Shown here piece after piece: positions 12,978 through 25,150 of a stretch of 64,000 bases of DNA (the stretch's first letter is position 1; every line of letters begins with the position of its first letter). Below the pieces are notes generated by a model. That model saw only the letters and a list, made by a program, of their open reading frames with translations, ran no database searches and was not told where the DNA came from. The stretch is from Octopus sinensis (lineage: Eukaryota). Both the position numbers and the translations under genes were made by a program. Location: assembly GCF_006345805.1 (NCBI RefSeq), contig NC_043017.1, positions 18,352,001 through 18,416,000 on the forward strand, in the 5' to 3' direction.

Positions 12978-14345
12978 AGTAGCCATCCTCAGCTTCCACT
13001 ATGGCCTCAAGACAGCTCTCACATGTCTTCCCCACTGTGTCCCTGGGAAGATCTCCAAACACCTCCTTCATCTTGGCCACCAGCTCTGCTTTGGTGTTGC
13101 AGGAAGAGTGATTGGTGTCCTCAAACATGCTCCACACATCATCATCGTTTAACGTCCATTCTCCATGCTAGCATGGGTTGGACGGTTCGACCGGGAATCT
13201 GGGAAGCCAGAAGGCTGCACCAGGCTCCAGTCTGATCTGGCAGTGTTTCTACAGCTGCATGCCCTTCCTAACGCCAACCACTCCAAGAGTGTAGTGGGTG
13301 CTTTTTACGTGCCACCGGCACAGATTTCACAACTGCAGTTTCCATTGATCTTTGATGTTGGGGTCCTTGACTCAATGGTTCCATTGATCTTTAATCCATG
13401 GGATTACAATCGGCGGGATTAGGAAACCAGAAATTGGGGCTGGTGAAGTCCTAGGAATTCTCCAACCACTACTTCTGATGACTCTTTCTTGGGGTATGGC
13501 AACGAGCCAAATCCTGCTGCCACACATATGACCTTCCAACAGTAACCCTTGCCTACCAGGGATTGACCACATCATCATCATTGTTCGACCATGGTCGAGA
13601 CAATGGAATTTACCATGCTACACCAGACTTCACGGTCCATCATGGCATTACAGAGGTCCTGTTGCTGGATGCCTGTATCCCTGGAGATTACATCAGGGTA
13701 GGAGAGTGTGCGCCCTCTGGTATTGCGAGTAGATGGCTTCCAGAGGAGAAGAGTAGAAATTACTTCTTTTTCAGCTCTACAACAATATCCAGCAAACTGG
13801 ACTCTCCTACCTTTCACAAGAGATGACACAGGTGGTAGTTTCCCATATATTTGCATTTTGGTTGGATGGCGCCTCCACGAGAGATTTTGAGCTCTCATAA
13901 GGAGGCGAGTGTAGGATTGACCACAGTCTCCAGCTGCTTCACTTATCCATCTGAATTGAACTTAATGTCCAGTTCAAAGATGTGGGGATGTACTCCAGTG
14001 TGCAGATGCAGTCAGAATGCCTGCCATGTGCCTTCCTGCTGGCCACAGCTTCATAGTCTCCATTGCAGCTCTCCATGTCTTGTCTTATGTGCATCACAGT
14101 CTTTACAGAGCATTGAGTAGCAGTTATGATGGTTGCATTTTGGTACGTGGGGCAAATCATCATGACACAGCTAACTCTTTGCCAATATTCACATGGCTTC
14201 CAGTCCTCCATGTCAGCCAACGTTTTCTCAACTACAATTTTAACCTTTATGTTCTCAAACACCATTGCCTGTCCGCCAACACTTCAAGCTATTCCTGAAA
14301 AAGGAGACAAAAAGTCGTCAAATTTAGCCATAACACCCTGTATCT
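12978..14345 (-). mobile_element. maT/DD37D-type transposon relic with internal deletion and two retro-insertions
   Basis: N-terminal MEDWKP..TQCSVKTVMHIRQDMESCNGDYEAVASRK at 13940-14210. C-terminal SCNTKAELVAKMKEVFGDLPRDTV..LEAIVEAEDGYF at 12978-13137. Homologous to 38640-39115. Confidence 0.75.
13572..13913 (-). mobile_element. 5'-truncated RTE-clade LINE with (TGA)n tail and 12-bp TSD
   Basis: Translation RVQFAGYCCR..LLLWKP..TLSYPDVISRDTG..AMMDREVWCSMV. TSD ggattgaccaca at 13560-13571 and 13914-13925. Confidence 0.85.
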
Positions 14346-15422
14346 ATCTATAAGCCAATCTGTTTGGCTTTCATTTTATCTATTTGTCTGTCTGTCTATG
14401 TATCTCTCTATCTTTATCTATCTATCTATGTAGGTCTCTCTCTCTCTCTCAATATATATATATATATTATATATATATATATGTATGTATGTATGTGTGC
14501 ATGTGTGTGTATATGTCTATATGTATGTGTGTGTGCATATATATATGTGTGTGTATATATATATACATGTATGTATGTATGTATGTATGATGTATGTATG
14601 TATGTATGTACGGATGGATGGATGAATGGATGTATCTCTCTCTCTCTCTTTCACACACTCTCTCTCTCTCCTGATTTTAAAATTTAGAAGGTCAAATATT
14701 AGCCTAGATAAATTTTGCCACCCACCTTACTCCAGGCCGGAAAAATAGAACTGAAGGTCATGGTTGGAAATATCTCTGTTAGTTTTTATAGCAAGTACGT
14801 CTTATGAAATTAGGCAAGGGGAAGGGACCTGATGAAACAAGGCTCATGGGTTTCCCCCACATCAGAACTGAGCAGCAGTGATACAACAACACTATATACA
14901 TAGGGAGAGAGAGAGTGGGCAGAGAAGAGATAACGGTGGACCGGTGATGGCCAAACAGAGAAGGTTTTAGTTGCAAAACAAGAAAACTGAATATTCCATG
15001 CAAGGGTTGTATGCAAGGACTGGAATATCTTATGAGTCCTTCTTTTATTTAAGACAGCAGGGTGTGATGCGAGAAAGATTTGGCTACTGTTTCAGACAGT
15101 TTGAGGATCTTGATGTGGGTGAGGCAAAGAAATGAGTTGGAATTGATACACCAACATATAATAGGTGGTGGGAGGGAGAAAGCGGAGGAGGAGGTGTTGT
15201 CAGTGTTTGCTACTGCTCCCACTGCTACTCTCTATTATTCACTATACCACCAGTTCAACCAAGTGCAGTTCACTCTTTCTCTCTCTCATTGTCTCTTTTT
15301 CTCTCCCTTTTGCTCTCTCTCTTTCTATGTCGTGTTTTGCGACATAAATATGATATTCACAGTTTTCTTGAATGTAACACACTATCAGACGACAGCAAAC
15401 ACTATCCACACCCACCCACACC

Positions 15423-15554
<132 letters not shown>

Positions 15555-15760
15555 TATATAAATATATGTCTCCCCACCATTACTTGACAGCTGATGTCAG
15601 TGTTTATGTGCCCGTAACTTAGTGGTTCGGCAAAAGAGATGGATAGAAGTACTAGGCTTACAAAGAATAAGTCCTAGGGTCGATTTGTTTGACTAAAGGC
15701 GGTGCTCCAGTATGGCCGCAGTCAAATGACTGAAACAAATAAGAGAAAAAAATAAAAGAA

Positions 15761-16160
15761 CAGGAGTGGCTGTGTGGTAAGTAGCTTGCTAACCAACCAC
15801 ATGGTTCCGGGTTCAGTCCCACTGTGTGGCACCTTGGGCAAGTGTCTTCTGCTATAGCCCCGGGCCGACCAATGCCTTGTGAGTGGATTTGGTAGACGGA
15901 AACTGAAAGAAGCCTGTTGTATATATGTATATATGTGTATGTGTGTGTGTTTGTGTGTCTGTGTCTGTTCCCTAGCATTGCTTGACAACCGATGCTGGTG
16001 TGTTTGCGTCCCCGTCACTTAGCGGTTCGGCAAAAGAGACCGATAGAATAAGTACTGGGCTTACAAAGAATAAGTCCCGGGGTCGAGTTGCTCGACTGAA
16101 GGCGGTGCTCCAGCATGGCCGCAGTCAAATGACTGAAACAAGTAAAAGAGTAAAAGAGAG
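15761..16160 (+). mobile_element. SINE family A, near full length
   Basis: caggagtggctgtgtggtaag...gactgaaacaagtaaaagag. Preceded in tandem by a 3' half copy. Confidence 0.9.
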
Positions 16161-16504
16161 TATATATATATGTGTGTGTGTGTGTGTGATTGTGATGGAC
16201 CCCCCTGTCAAAGACAATATATGAGTGTTTAGCTTTTGCCTAATGAACCTGCACTAATGATTTGTTTATAGGAATCAAATATATGTGTCATATATTAGCC
16301 CACTCCCTCCATCAAATCGACATTGCCTGAACAGGTGCATGGTGTATCACGTGTCAGGTGTCAAAGTGATTGCAGAGCAATGTGAAATGGAGTGTTTTGC
16401 TCAAGAACACAATGCACCGCCCAATCTAGGAATTGAAACCATGATCTTGTGATCGTGAGTGCAACACTATAATTACTAAGCTATGTGCCCTCATATATAT
16501 ATAT

Positions 16505-16614
16505 CACTTTGACCACACTGATCACTTTGACCGACCAGTCCGTCAGGCGTCCATTTGACACCGCTGGTCACAGCACGCTGTCCACTCCTCTCTGGATCGC
16601 GCCTTTCTCATCCA
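16505..16614 (-). mobile_element. 3' stub of a distinct RTE-like LINE (ORF end plus 3' UTR)
   Basis: Minus 16614-16543 reads WMRKARSREEWTACCDQRCQMDA*, followed by a 3' UTR similar to the SINE family C tail. Confidence 0.55.
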
Positions 16615-17172
16615 CGTGATATATATATATATATATGTCTCCCCACCATTACTTGATGGCCGATGTCAGTGTTTATGTGCCCGTAACTAATTGACTAACA
16701 TTAAAGAAGTGATATTGAGCCAATGTGTGTGTTATTATTGATGTAATGACCTTCCCCATACACAACACAATTAGTTTCAACACACAAATTTATATATATA
16801 TTTATCTTGTATCTTGGGAGGGTAATTATGCCAATATTAAAACATGCACTGGTTCAATACCACTTCTTTATAGTCAATTGATTAAATAGCTAACCGATTG
16901 ATTGTTTAACAAGTGCATTAAACAAACAAACAATTAGTTAGTTGGTTAGATATTCAACTAATTGACTAACATTAAAGAAGTGATATTGAGCCAATGTGTG
17001 TGTTATTATTGATGTAATGACCTTCCCCATACACAACACAATTTGCTTCAACACACAAATTCACATCAAGAATCATGCAAATGAAAGGCAAAAACAGAAT
17101 ATGTTTATTTGTATATACCAGTGTTTGCATATGTACATATATACATACATGGCTATATACATAAATATTAAT

Positions 17173-17542
17173 TACATTATTTACATTTGACAGTTATTTG
17201 TCCACATCTTGTTTGTTGTTACCACAGCATTTCGGCTGATTTACTCTCCAGCCTTCATCAGGGCATATAGCATAAAGGTTAAGAACGCGGACTACTAACC
17301 CCAAGATTCCGAGTTCAGTTCCAGGCAGTGCCTTGAATAATAATAATAATAATAACATCAGTAAAAGAAGTACCTTAGGAATGAGAACCCGGGGCTGGGT
17401 TCAAAATTCTACCAGAACACCTGATGAAGGCTGGAGAGTAAATCAGGTGGAATGTTGTGGTAACAACAAGCAAGATGAGGACAAATAACCGTCAAATGTA
17501 AATAATGTACAGAATCCCTCATCTCTAAAATATAGAACAGTA
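17173..17542 (+). mobile_element. Composite fold-back element F1, copy A: inverted HHR arm, tRNA-like head, (TAA)n, direct HHR arm
   Basis: Arms 17173-17262 and about 17420-17509 are inverted repeats, each with CTGATGA-A-GGCTG-loop-CAGCC/CAGGT-G(A/G)AA. A/B-box-like motifs at about 17267-17322. Same architecture at 44547-44876. Confidence 0.75.
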
Positions 17543-17670
17543 TACATGCATTTTCTTATGTGTTCTCTTCTTGTTGTCTCTTCAGGTATTTGTAACATCC
17601 TCAGTCTGTCTGTTTATCAGCCAGTCTGTACCTCATCCCCGTCTCTCTCTCTGTTTCCGTGGTCAGCTAA

Positions 17671-17773
17671 ATGGCTAACAAGGAACACCAGGACTCAATA
17701 ATGCTCAAGGTTGAGCAGGGAACTCATGGAAAGGAACCCAGTAAAGCAATGAAAGACAACAAACCTACAGAAA
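17671..17773 (+). CDS. Probable first coding exon of the SLC35A2/A3-like transporter (MANKEHQDSIMLKVEQGTHGKEPSKAMKDNKPTE + 1 nt)
   Basis: Pyrimidine-rich acceptor ttgttgtctcttcag ends at 17585. In-frame TAA lies directly before ATG 17671. A consensus donor A|GTAAGT is at 17774. The phase-1 end matches the phase-1 start of exon 42994. The link across 25 kb is inferred. Confidence 0.6.
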
Positions 17774-18077
17774 GTAAGTAACATCGTTGTGGTTGTTTGA
17801 TTTTATGCTGACGGTTCGATATATTCTTATATTCTTTTGATTGTTTCAGTCATTTGACTGCGGCCCTGCTGGGGCACTGCTTTTAGTTGAACAAACTGAA
17901 CCCAGGACATATTCTTTGTAAGCCTAGTACTTATTCTATCAGTCTCTTTTGCTGAACTGCTAAGTTACAGGGACATAAACACACCAGCATCAGTTGTCAA
18001 GCGATGGTGGAGGGACAAAAACAGACACACAAACACACGCATACTCTGTATGTATATATATATATATATATATATAT

Positions 18078-18424
18078 AAAAAGGGGTAAAGACCCCCTTC
18101 GGTCATGAATGACCATGGGATTGCACCTAGAAAGTTACCCTCCTAGACACAAGTCCGGGCAAGGTTGTTTATGGAAGGCCAGCAGTCGCCCATGCATACC
18201 AGCCTCCCCTCTCCACGCCACCAGTGTTATCCAAGGGAAAGACAAAGGGCGATACAGCTTGGCACCAGTGACGTCGCAACTCATTTCTACAGCTGAGTGA
18301 ACTGGAGCAACGTGAAATAAAGTGCCTTGCTCAAGAACACAACACGCAGCCCGGTCCGGGATTCGAGCTCACAACCTCACGATCGTAAGCTCGACGCTCT
18401 AACCACTGAGCCATGCGCCTTCAC
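18078..18424 (-). mobile_element. SINE family D (tRNA-like head, tgtgttcttgagcaag..ccagttcactcagctg body)
   Basis: A box TGGCTCAGTGG, B-box-like GCTCGAATCC. Head/body homologues at 4400-4560, 11432-11700, 16325-16492, 27600-27765, 46893-47146 and 48099-48352. Confidence 0.85.
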
Positions 18425-18433
18425 TATATATAT

Positions 18434-18506
<73 letters not shown>

Positions 18507-18814
18507 TATAAATAGATTATATGGAGATTTATCTAGATATAGCTCCTCTCCATTGACTCAGCTTGCAAACTTATACTTAAAAGAAGAAATAACATTGGTT
18601 GTCATTTATATTTATACATATGTGTGATATAAACATGATATATGATATATCACATGTTTCTATGTGCTCCTACATACAACCAGCCGATTACTCATGAAAC
18701 AAAGATGATGATTGTTTGGATAATAAACACAACCACATTTGTCTCTAATTAATGTCAACTTAAATCTACAGCACCATTATCACCATCATCACACAAAAAC
18801 ACACACACACATAT

Positions 18815-19960
18815 TTGGTCATCCCATAAATAATGCAGTTTTTTAATTTTTTTTTTTTTTTTTTTTGAAAATTAAGATAAAGTTATTTTTTAATCTAAAA
18901 CATACTCTCCTTCCTTTTCTCCAATGCTCTTCCATCTATCTTGTAGACTTGCAAGATCCCCTTTTCCAAAATTCACTTGCCCAAGAGGATAAATATCCCT
19001 CCAATACTGTTCTGACCTCATCTACAGAATTCATATTTTTTCCATCCAAATGATTTTGAAGACTGCGGAATAAATGATAATCAGATGGGGCAATGTCCAG
19101 CGAATATGGTGGGTGGGACATCATTTTCCATTCAAACTGCTCCAGCCTTTGGAATGTCATCCTTGCTGTATGTGGCCAAGAATTATCCTGATGGAAGAAC
19201 ATCTTTTGTCTTGAAACCAAAGATGGTCGTTTTTCTTCTGGTGCTGACTTAAGCTGCTTACTTTGTTATCGTTTGGTTTGGGTTTAAAAGTTTAAAGTGG
19301 ACTCAACCTTTCATATCCTACCAAACAGATAACAACATCTTACGTGGGTGAAGACCTTCTTTAGCCTGGGGTGCTGGTGTTTCTCCTTCCCTGCCCACTT
19401 TCTTCGGTGCTTTGACATTTTTATAGAGAACCCATTTCTCGTCACCAATCCCTAATCAATCCAAAAAGGGTTCATTTGTGAGATGTGACAGCAAAGAAGA
19501 GCACATGTTTACTCTCTGCGCACAATTAGACTCGGAAAGTTTGTGAGGAACCCATTGATCCAATTTGCCTACTTTTGCAATGGCATGCAGGTGTCGATGA
19601 ATAGTTGAATGACCAAATCCAAGATTCTCTACAGGTTCCTCAACAGTTACAATGGGATTTTGTTCCAGGATGAGGCTTGTCTTCTAGGCTGTAGTTTCTG
19701 GCTTGGAATTTCTGGCACCACCATTGACACTGGCTTATCATCATCATCATCATTGTTCAACCGTGGTCGAGACAATGGAATTTACCATGCTACGCCAGAC
19801 TTCATGGTCCATCATGGCATTACTGGCTTATGCCTATTGTCTGATCTCCATATACTGCATTAATATTCTTCGCACTTGTTGCCTTTATTAAACTCATAAA
19901 GCAAAATATGCTGAATATGCTCCTTTGTTACTTCCATTATAACTTTTAAAAAATAACTGT
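18815..19960 (-). mobile_element. Mariner transposase pseudogene
   Basis: Start MEVTKEHIQHILLYEFNKG at 19937. Catalytic region FHQDNSWPHTA..HPPYSLDIAPSDYHLFRSLQNHL at 18936-19220. Frameshifted. Confidence 0.85.
19739..19821 (-). mobile_element. 83-bp 3' stub of the same RTE family, inserted in the mariner
   Basis: Sequence matches 13572-13650. TSD actggcttat at 19729-19738 and 19822-19831. Confidence 0.85.
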
Positions 19961-20589
19961 TAAAATCGAACTGCACTCTTCAAAATTTGCACCAAGAATA
20001 AGTACAAGGTAAAATTACCACCTGCTTTTATAGCAAGTTGATACAGGTAGTTTATCCTACCCCCTCTGACTTTTAGTTCATGTAATTGAAAAAACTCATT
20101 ATTTATAGAATGAACCAATGTGTGTAGAATAAGAACAGGCTGGGCAAAATTCAGGGAGCTACTACCTCTGTTAGTATCAAAAGACCACTCCTTCAGAATG
20201 AAAGGTAGATTGTGTATGAACAGCTAAGCTACATGGCAGTGAGACATAGGCTGTGATAATATCGATAATAGGGCCCATCCAATGGATCCTCCTATCTACT
20301 ACACATTACTAATATTTTATTTAAACAACCCAAGGGAAATAACCCATACCACCTGCAGTTTTAATAATGCTATCAATATTTGATTCTCCTGATCAGCCGA
20401 CCTAATTCTGCATTTCACTACTCACAGTTTTGAACTGCTAAACATTATTATTGCATTTCCTTAATTTGAATTTTAAACATTAAAGATTTCATTCATACAT
20501 TTCTATACATACATACTTTTTTGAATACTCATTACTCCAATAATTCTACATTTTTACAGTTACACTTTCTCCATGACAGCAGATAATTT

Positions 20590-21009
20590 TTTTTTTTCAC
20601 AATGTATTTGTAGTAGATTCATGCAGGCATAGTGTAGATTCAATCCTCGATTGCCAAATTTCACTTAACACTTCAACAGCGCTTTTCTCATGGTAAAACA
20701 AGTTTTTCTGTGAATGACAACCTCTCTCGCCAACTTCCAAAAACCTCTCTTGACAACCTCCAGCAGCCTCTCCAGACAACCTCCGATGACCTCTGTTGCT
20801 AACCTCCAATGACCTCTCTTGCCAACCTCTGACAACCTTTCTCGCCAACGTTAAACAATCTCTCCCTCCTCCAGCTGACAGTTTTTGTATTTTTTCGTGA
20901 CAGAAAATACTTTTGTGACAGTTATAATGAAATTACTTTCTTATATCAAAGTAATAAAACATTTCAATGGAACATCTTTACCCCAGGAATTACCGGGTAC
21001 ACCAGCTAG
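20590..21009 (+). mobile_element. Putative non-autonomous Helitron with internal minisatellite of about 22 bp
   Basis: 3' hairpin TACCC..GGGTA (20979-20999), then CTAG|T at 21006-21010. Tandem gacaacctctctcgccaacctcc-like units at 20715-20850. The 5' end is not defined. Confidence 0.4.
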
Positions 21010-21099
<90 letters not shown>

Positions 21100-22105
21100 A
21101 ATTTGAATTAGGCAGAAAATGGAGAAATCTTGATCAACAACAACTGATACATCAATTATTTTTTTTTAATACAAAACTTTATCCCATCTAACAGCCGTTT
21201 CTGCTTCCAGTGTCCTACAGTGTTGCCAAAGAAAATTCTGAGAATAATCATCATCATCATCATCATCATCGTTTAGCGTCCGCTTTCCATGCTAGCATGG
21301 GTTGGATGGTTCAACTGGGGTCTGGGAAGCCAGAAGGCTGCACCAGGCCCAGTTTGATCTGGCAATGTTTCCACGGCTGGATGCCCTTCCTAACGCCAAC
21401 CACTCCATGAGTGTAGTGGGTGCTTTTTATGTGCCACCAGCACTTTGTAACACATCTTATTTGGAACATGGAGCTTCATCAGAGTGACGAAAAATCCATA
21501 AAATAAAAGAAAAGAAAAGAAGAACCCCGAGAAGAGAAATGAAAGCTTAATATATTTGAATCATAACATTTTTCAGTGTAGCGCTTCAGACCGTTGAGTA
21601 AATGGCTAAAGTAGAAATAGTAACTGGTGGGTTAATTTTTCTTTAGGGGTAACAGGATGTATAAATAATAAAAAGAATAAAATAAGTACTTTACCATAAC
21701 GGGATACACCAATTAGTCTAGAAATAGAAAAAGAGGGAATGATAGTGCCATAACGTTTAGAAGTAATCATAATCATAATAGTTCTTAAGATTAATTAAGT
21801 ACTAATTAATATTTAACCAAATAAAATGTCCATCGGTTAATTACATTTATATACTTATTGATATATTGATAAAGACCAACCACTTATTGTCAATAATGGG
21901 ATTGACCAAAAGCCAGCTTTCAATAAAATTCAATTTTTAGTTGAATGAATTGATCCCAGTACTTAGTTTTTAAACCTGGTATTTATTGTATCGATCGCTC
22001 TTGCCAACCTGCTAAGTTACAGGGACACAATATACCAACACCAGTTGTCAAGCAGTGGTGGAGGGATAAACAGTCACAAAGACACACACACACACACATA
22101 TATGT

Positions 22106-22180
<75 letters not shown>

Positions 22181-22912
22181 CATCATCATCATCATCATCA
22201 TCATCATCGTTTAACATTCGTTTTCCATGCTAGCATGGGTTGGGTGGTTCGACCTAGGTCTAGGAAGCCAGGAGGTTGCACCAGGCTCCAGTCTGATCTG
22301 GCAGTGTTCCTACAGCTGGATGCCCTTCCTAACGCCAACCACTCCGTGAGTGTAGTGGGTGTTTTATACGTGCCACCGGCACAGGGGCCAGAAGAGGCTG
22401 GCATCAGCCATGATCGGTTGGTGCTTTTTACGTGTCACTGGCATGGAAGCCAATCAAGACGGCACTGGCATTGGCCACGTTCAGATGGTGCTTTTTATGT
22501 GCCACCAGCACATATGTATATAACACACACATATATATCATGGGTTTCTTTCAGTTTCCATTTATCAAATCCACTCCCAAGGTTTACAAAGAATAAGTCC
22601 TGCAGTTAATTTCTTCAACTTTAACCTTTTATGGTAGTGGTGCTGCATAGCTGCGGTCAAATGACTGAAAAGAATAAAAGAATATATACATATATATATA
22701 TATATAATATATAAGCATATGCATACATGCATTTACATACATATGTGTGTGTGTATGTGTATGTATGTATGTATCCAATGATTTATATCTACCCATATAA
22801 ATGCATAGATATAAACAAACTCACAACATTTAAACATATAATACTGTTTAAAATAAGGGGAGTATTTACTCTTGCAAAACTTATATTAACATACTACTAC
22901 TACTACTACTAC

Positions 22913-22945
<33 letters not shown>

Positions 22946-24286
22946 TAATAATAATAATAATAATAATAGTAGTAATAATAAATCAGGAAGCCACTACTTG
23001 CCTTCATGCTGTTATCTTTAGTTAGAATAATATTTTTAGAAACCAGTTTACTCTGGCCTAGCTCCAGACACCAGCTTTTAACATCTTCCAACATTTTCTG
23101 ACCTAATTTAAACAAGTTTCCTTTAGTTAGTAACTTTTACTAACTTATATTTGGCAGATTTAACCAGATGTCATCCATTTTAATCTCATTCTTAGTCTCC
23201 TGCTATGATACCATTCACATGTGGATGTTTTTAAGAATTCTAAATCAACCCCAGTATTTTTCACTGGTACTTTATTTTATCAACCCCGCTCCCCGAATAG
23301 ATGAAAGCTGATGTTAGTATGGAAGAGAAACTAAATCTTCGATTATAATTCAATTGACATCTAGGATACTTTATAGGAATATTAAATTTACCCCAGTGCC
23401 ATATTTACCCCAGTGCCATATTTACCCCGGTGCCACTGGTACATTGTTTTATCAACCCCAGAAGGATGAAGGGTAAAGTTAGTCTTAATCTTCTATATTA
23501 GGTGAACTGGCAGAATTGTTAGCATGCTTGGCAAGATGCTTGGTGACATTTTTCTTCATCTCTGTGTTCTGAGTTCAAATTTCACCGAAGTCAACTTTGC
23601 CTTCAATTCTACCAGAGTTGACAAACTGTAGACCACCTGAACACTGGAGAGGTGGGGGGGTGTTGATGTAAATTGACTTTCCCTTCCCCCACCCCCACCC
23701 CGTCAAAACTGCTGACCTTGTATCGAAATAAGAAAAAGATTATGTTTCTATTAACATCTAGGATGTCTGACTGGAATATTAAATCTACCCAAATATTCCC
23801 AACCACCAGCATCAAGAAGGCCACCACCACCAACAGCAGCAGCAGCAGTTGTAGCAGAACTCCTTTACAACTCCAAACAATGCCATCTTCAATTTCAGAT
23901 GTAGAGGAAACAGGGTGGAGAAGCATGATGTTCTCTCTCTCTCTCTCTCTCGCTCTCTCTCTCTCTTTCCCCTCTCTCCTTCAGCCCTTTTCTAGCCTTT
24001 TTTTCTCACCCTGCCCCCTCCTCTCTCTCTCTTACATCTAACCCTAGCCACTCTGCTAAAACAATATCAGTCATATAAATCTCTGCCCTCATGTCATATG
24101 TACTTCATGTCCTACATAGAATTTCATGTTCCAGGTTGTTACCACTTCCACCCAAACCACTCCGACCAACCCTACTCCCCAACATGTGCTCATATACATA
24201 TACAAATATATATATGTGTGTGTATATATGTATATAGATGGATAAATAGATAGACAGACAGACAGACAGATAGATAGATTGATATA

Positions 24287-24322
<36 letters not shown>

Positions 24323-24664
24323 TATGCATATATCTATATTTATGTATTGTGTGTATGTGTGTGTGTGTATACACACACACATACACATAATACACATGTA
24401 TGTATACATACATATATAATGCTATTACTGCACATTGAGAATGTGTGCTCAACACTGCATTGGTGGATAAATATTTTTTATTTGTGGTTCAACAAGGAAA
24501 ATAGTTTCCTTGTAGAAAAGCAGTGTGTGTGTGTGTGTAAATGGCACCCTGTGCCTGGCATCTGGAAAGCATCTTTCAATTGTTTAAAGAAGGGCACTCA
24601 ACACATCTATTGGGCATTACATGTATAGATCTAAACAGTTTGATTCAAACTGTTTTAATATATA

Positions 24665-24710
<46 letters not shown>

Positions 24711-24899
24711 CAACCGATAAGGGTGAGAAAATTGGGTACTAATTTAATAGCACATCCATTTACCACCAAGTGGCTTAGTGCATAAAAAACCCGGATTACG
24801 ACACATTTTATGCATAAATATATGAGCGTGACCACCATGTGGTCTACTATCTATTTTTAGTGCTAGAGTAGACCACATGGTGGTCACTCTCTTATATTT

Positions 24900-24940
<41 letters not shown>

Positions 24941-24941
<1 letters not shown>

Positions 24942-25150
24942 ATCTGTAAATGTAATATGTGACAATTATTCGGTAGCCATGATAAAACTCCAAGCTTTGG
25001 ATGCCGGGGTGGAAATCCACGCCACCATCTCTTCAGTTATCCAGCCATCGGAAAAAATGCTAGGAAGTTTTATCATGGCTACCGAAGAATTGTCACATAT
25101 TACATTTACAGATAAATTGTATCGAGGTCGCTTTCATTCTTTTGTTGTCT
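24941..25150. mobile_element. Fold-back element F3 with HHR-like motif (minus, 24981-25041)
   Basis: 49-bp inverted arms 24941-24989 and 25066-25114 with 1 mismatch. Minus strand reads GATAA CTGAAGA GATG..CATC C [AAAGC, mutated] ..GTT TTATC. A second copy is at 1421-1630. Confidence 0.6.

Noticed and set aside
14827-14870. CTGATGA followed by a short hairpin
   Set aside because: No GAAA at the required position, so not a hammerhead.
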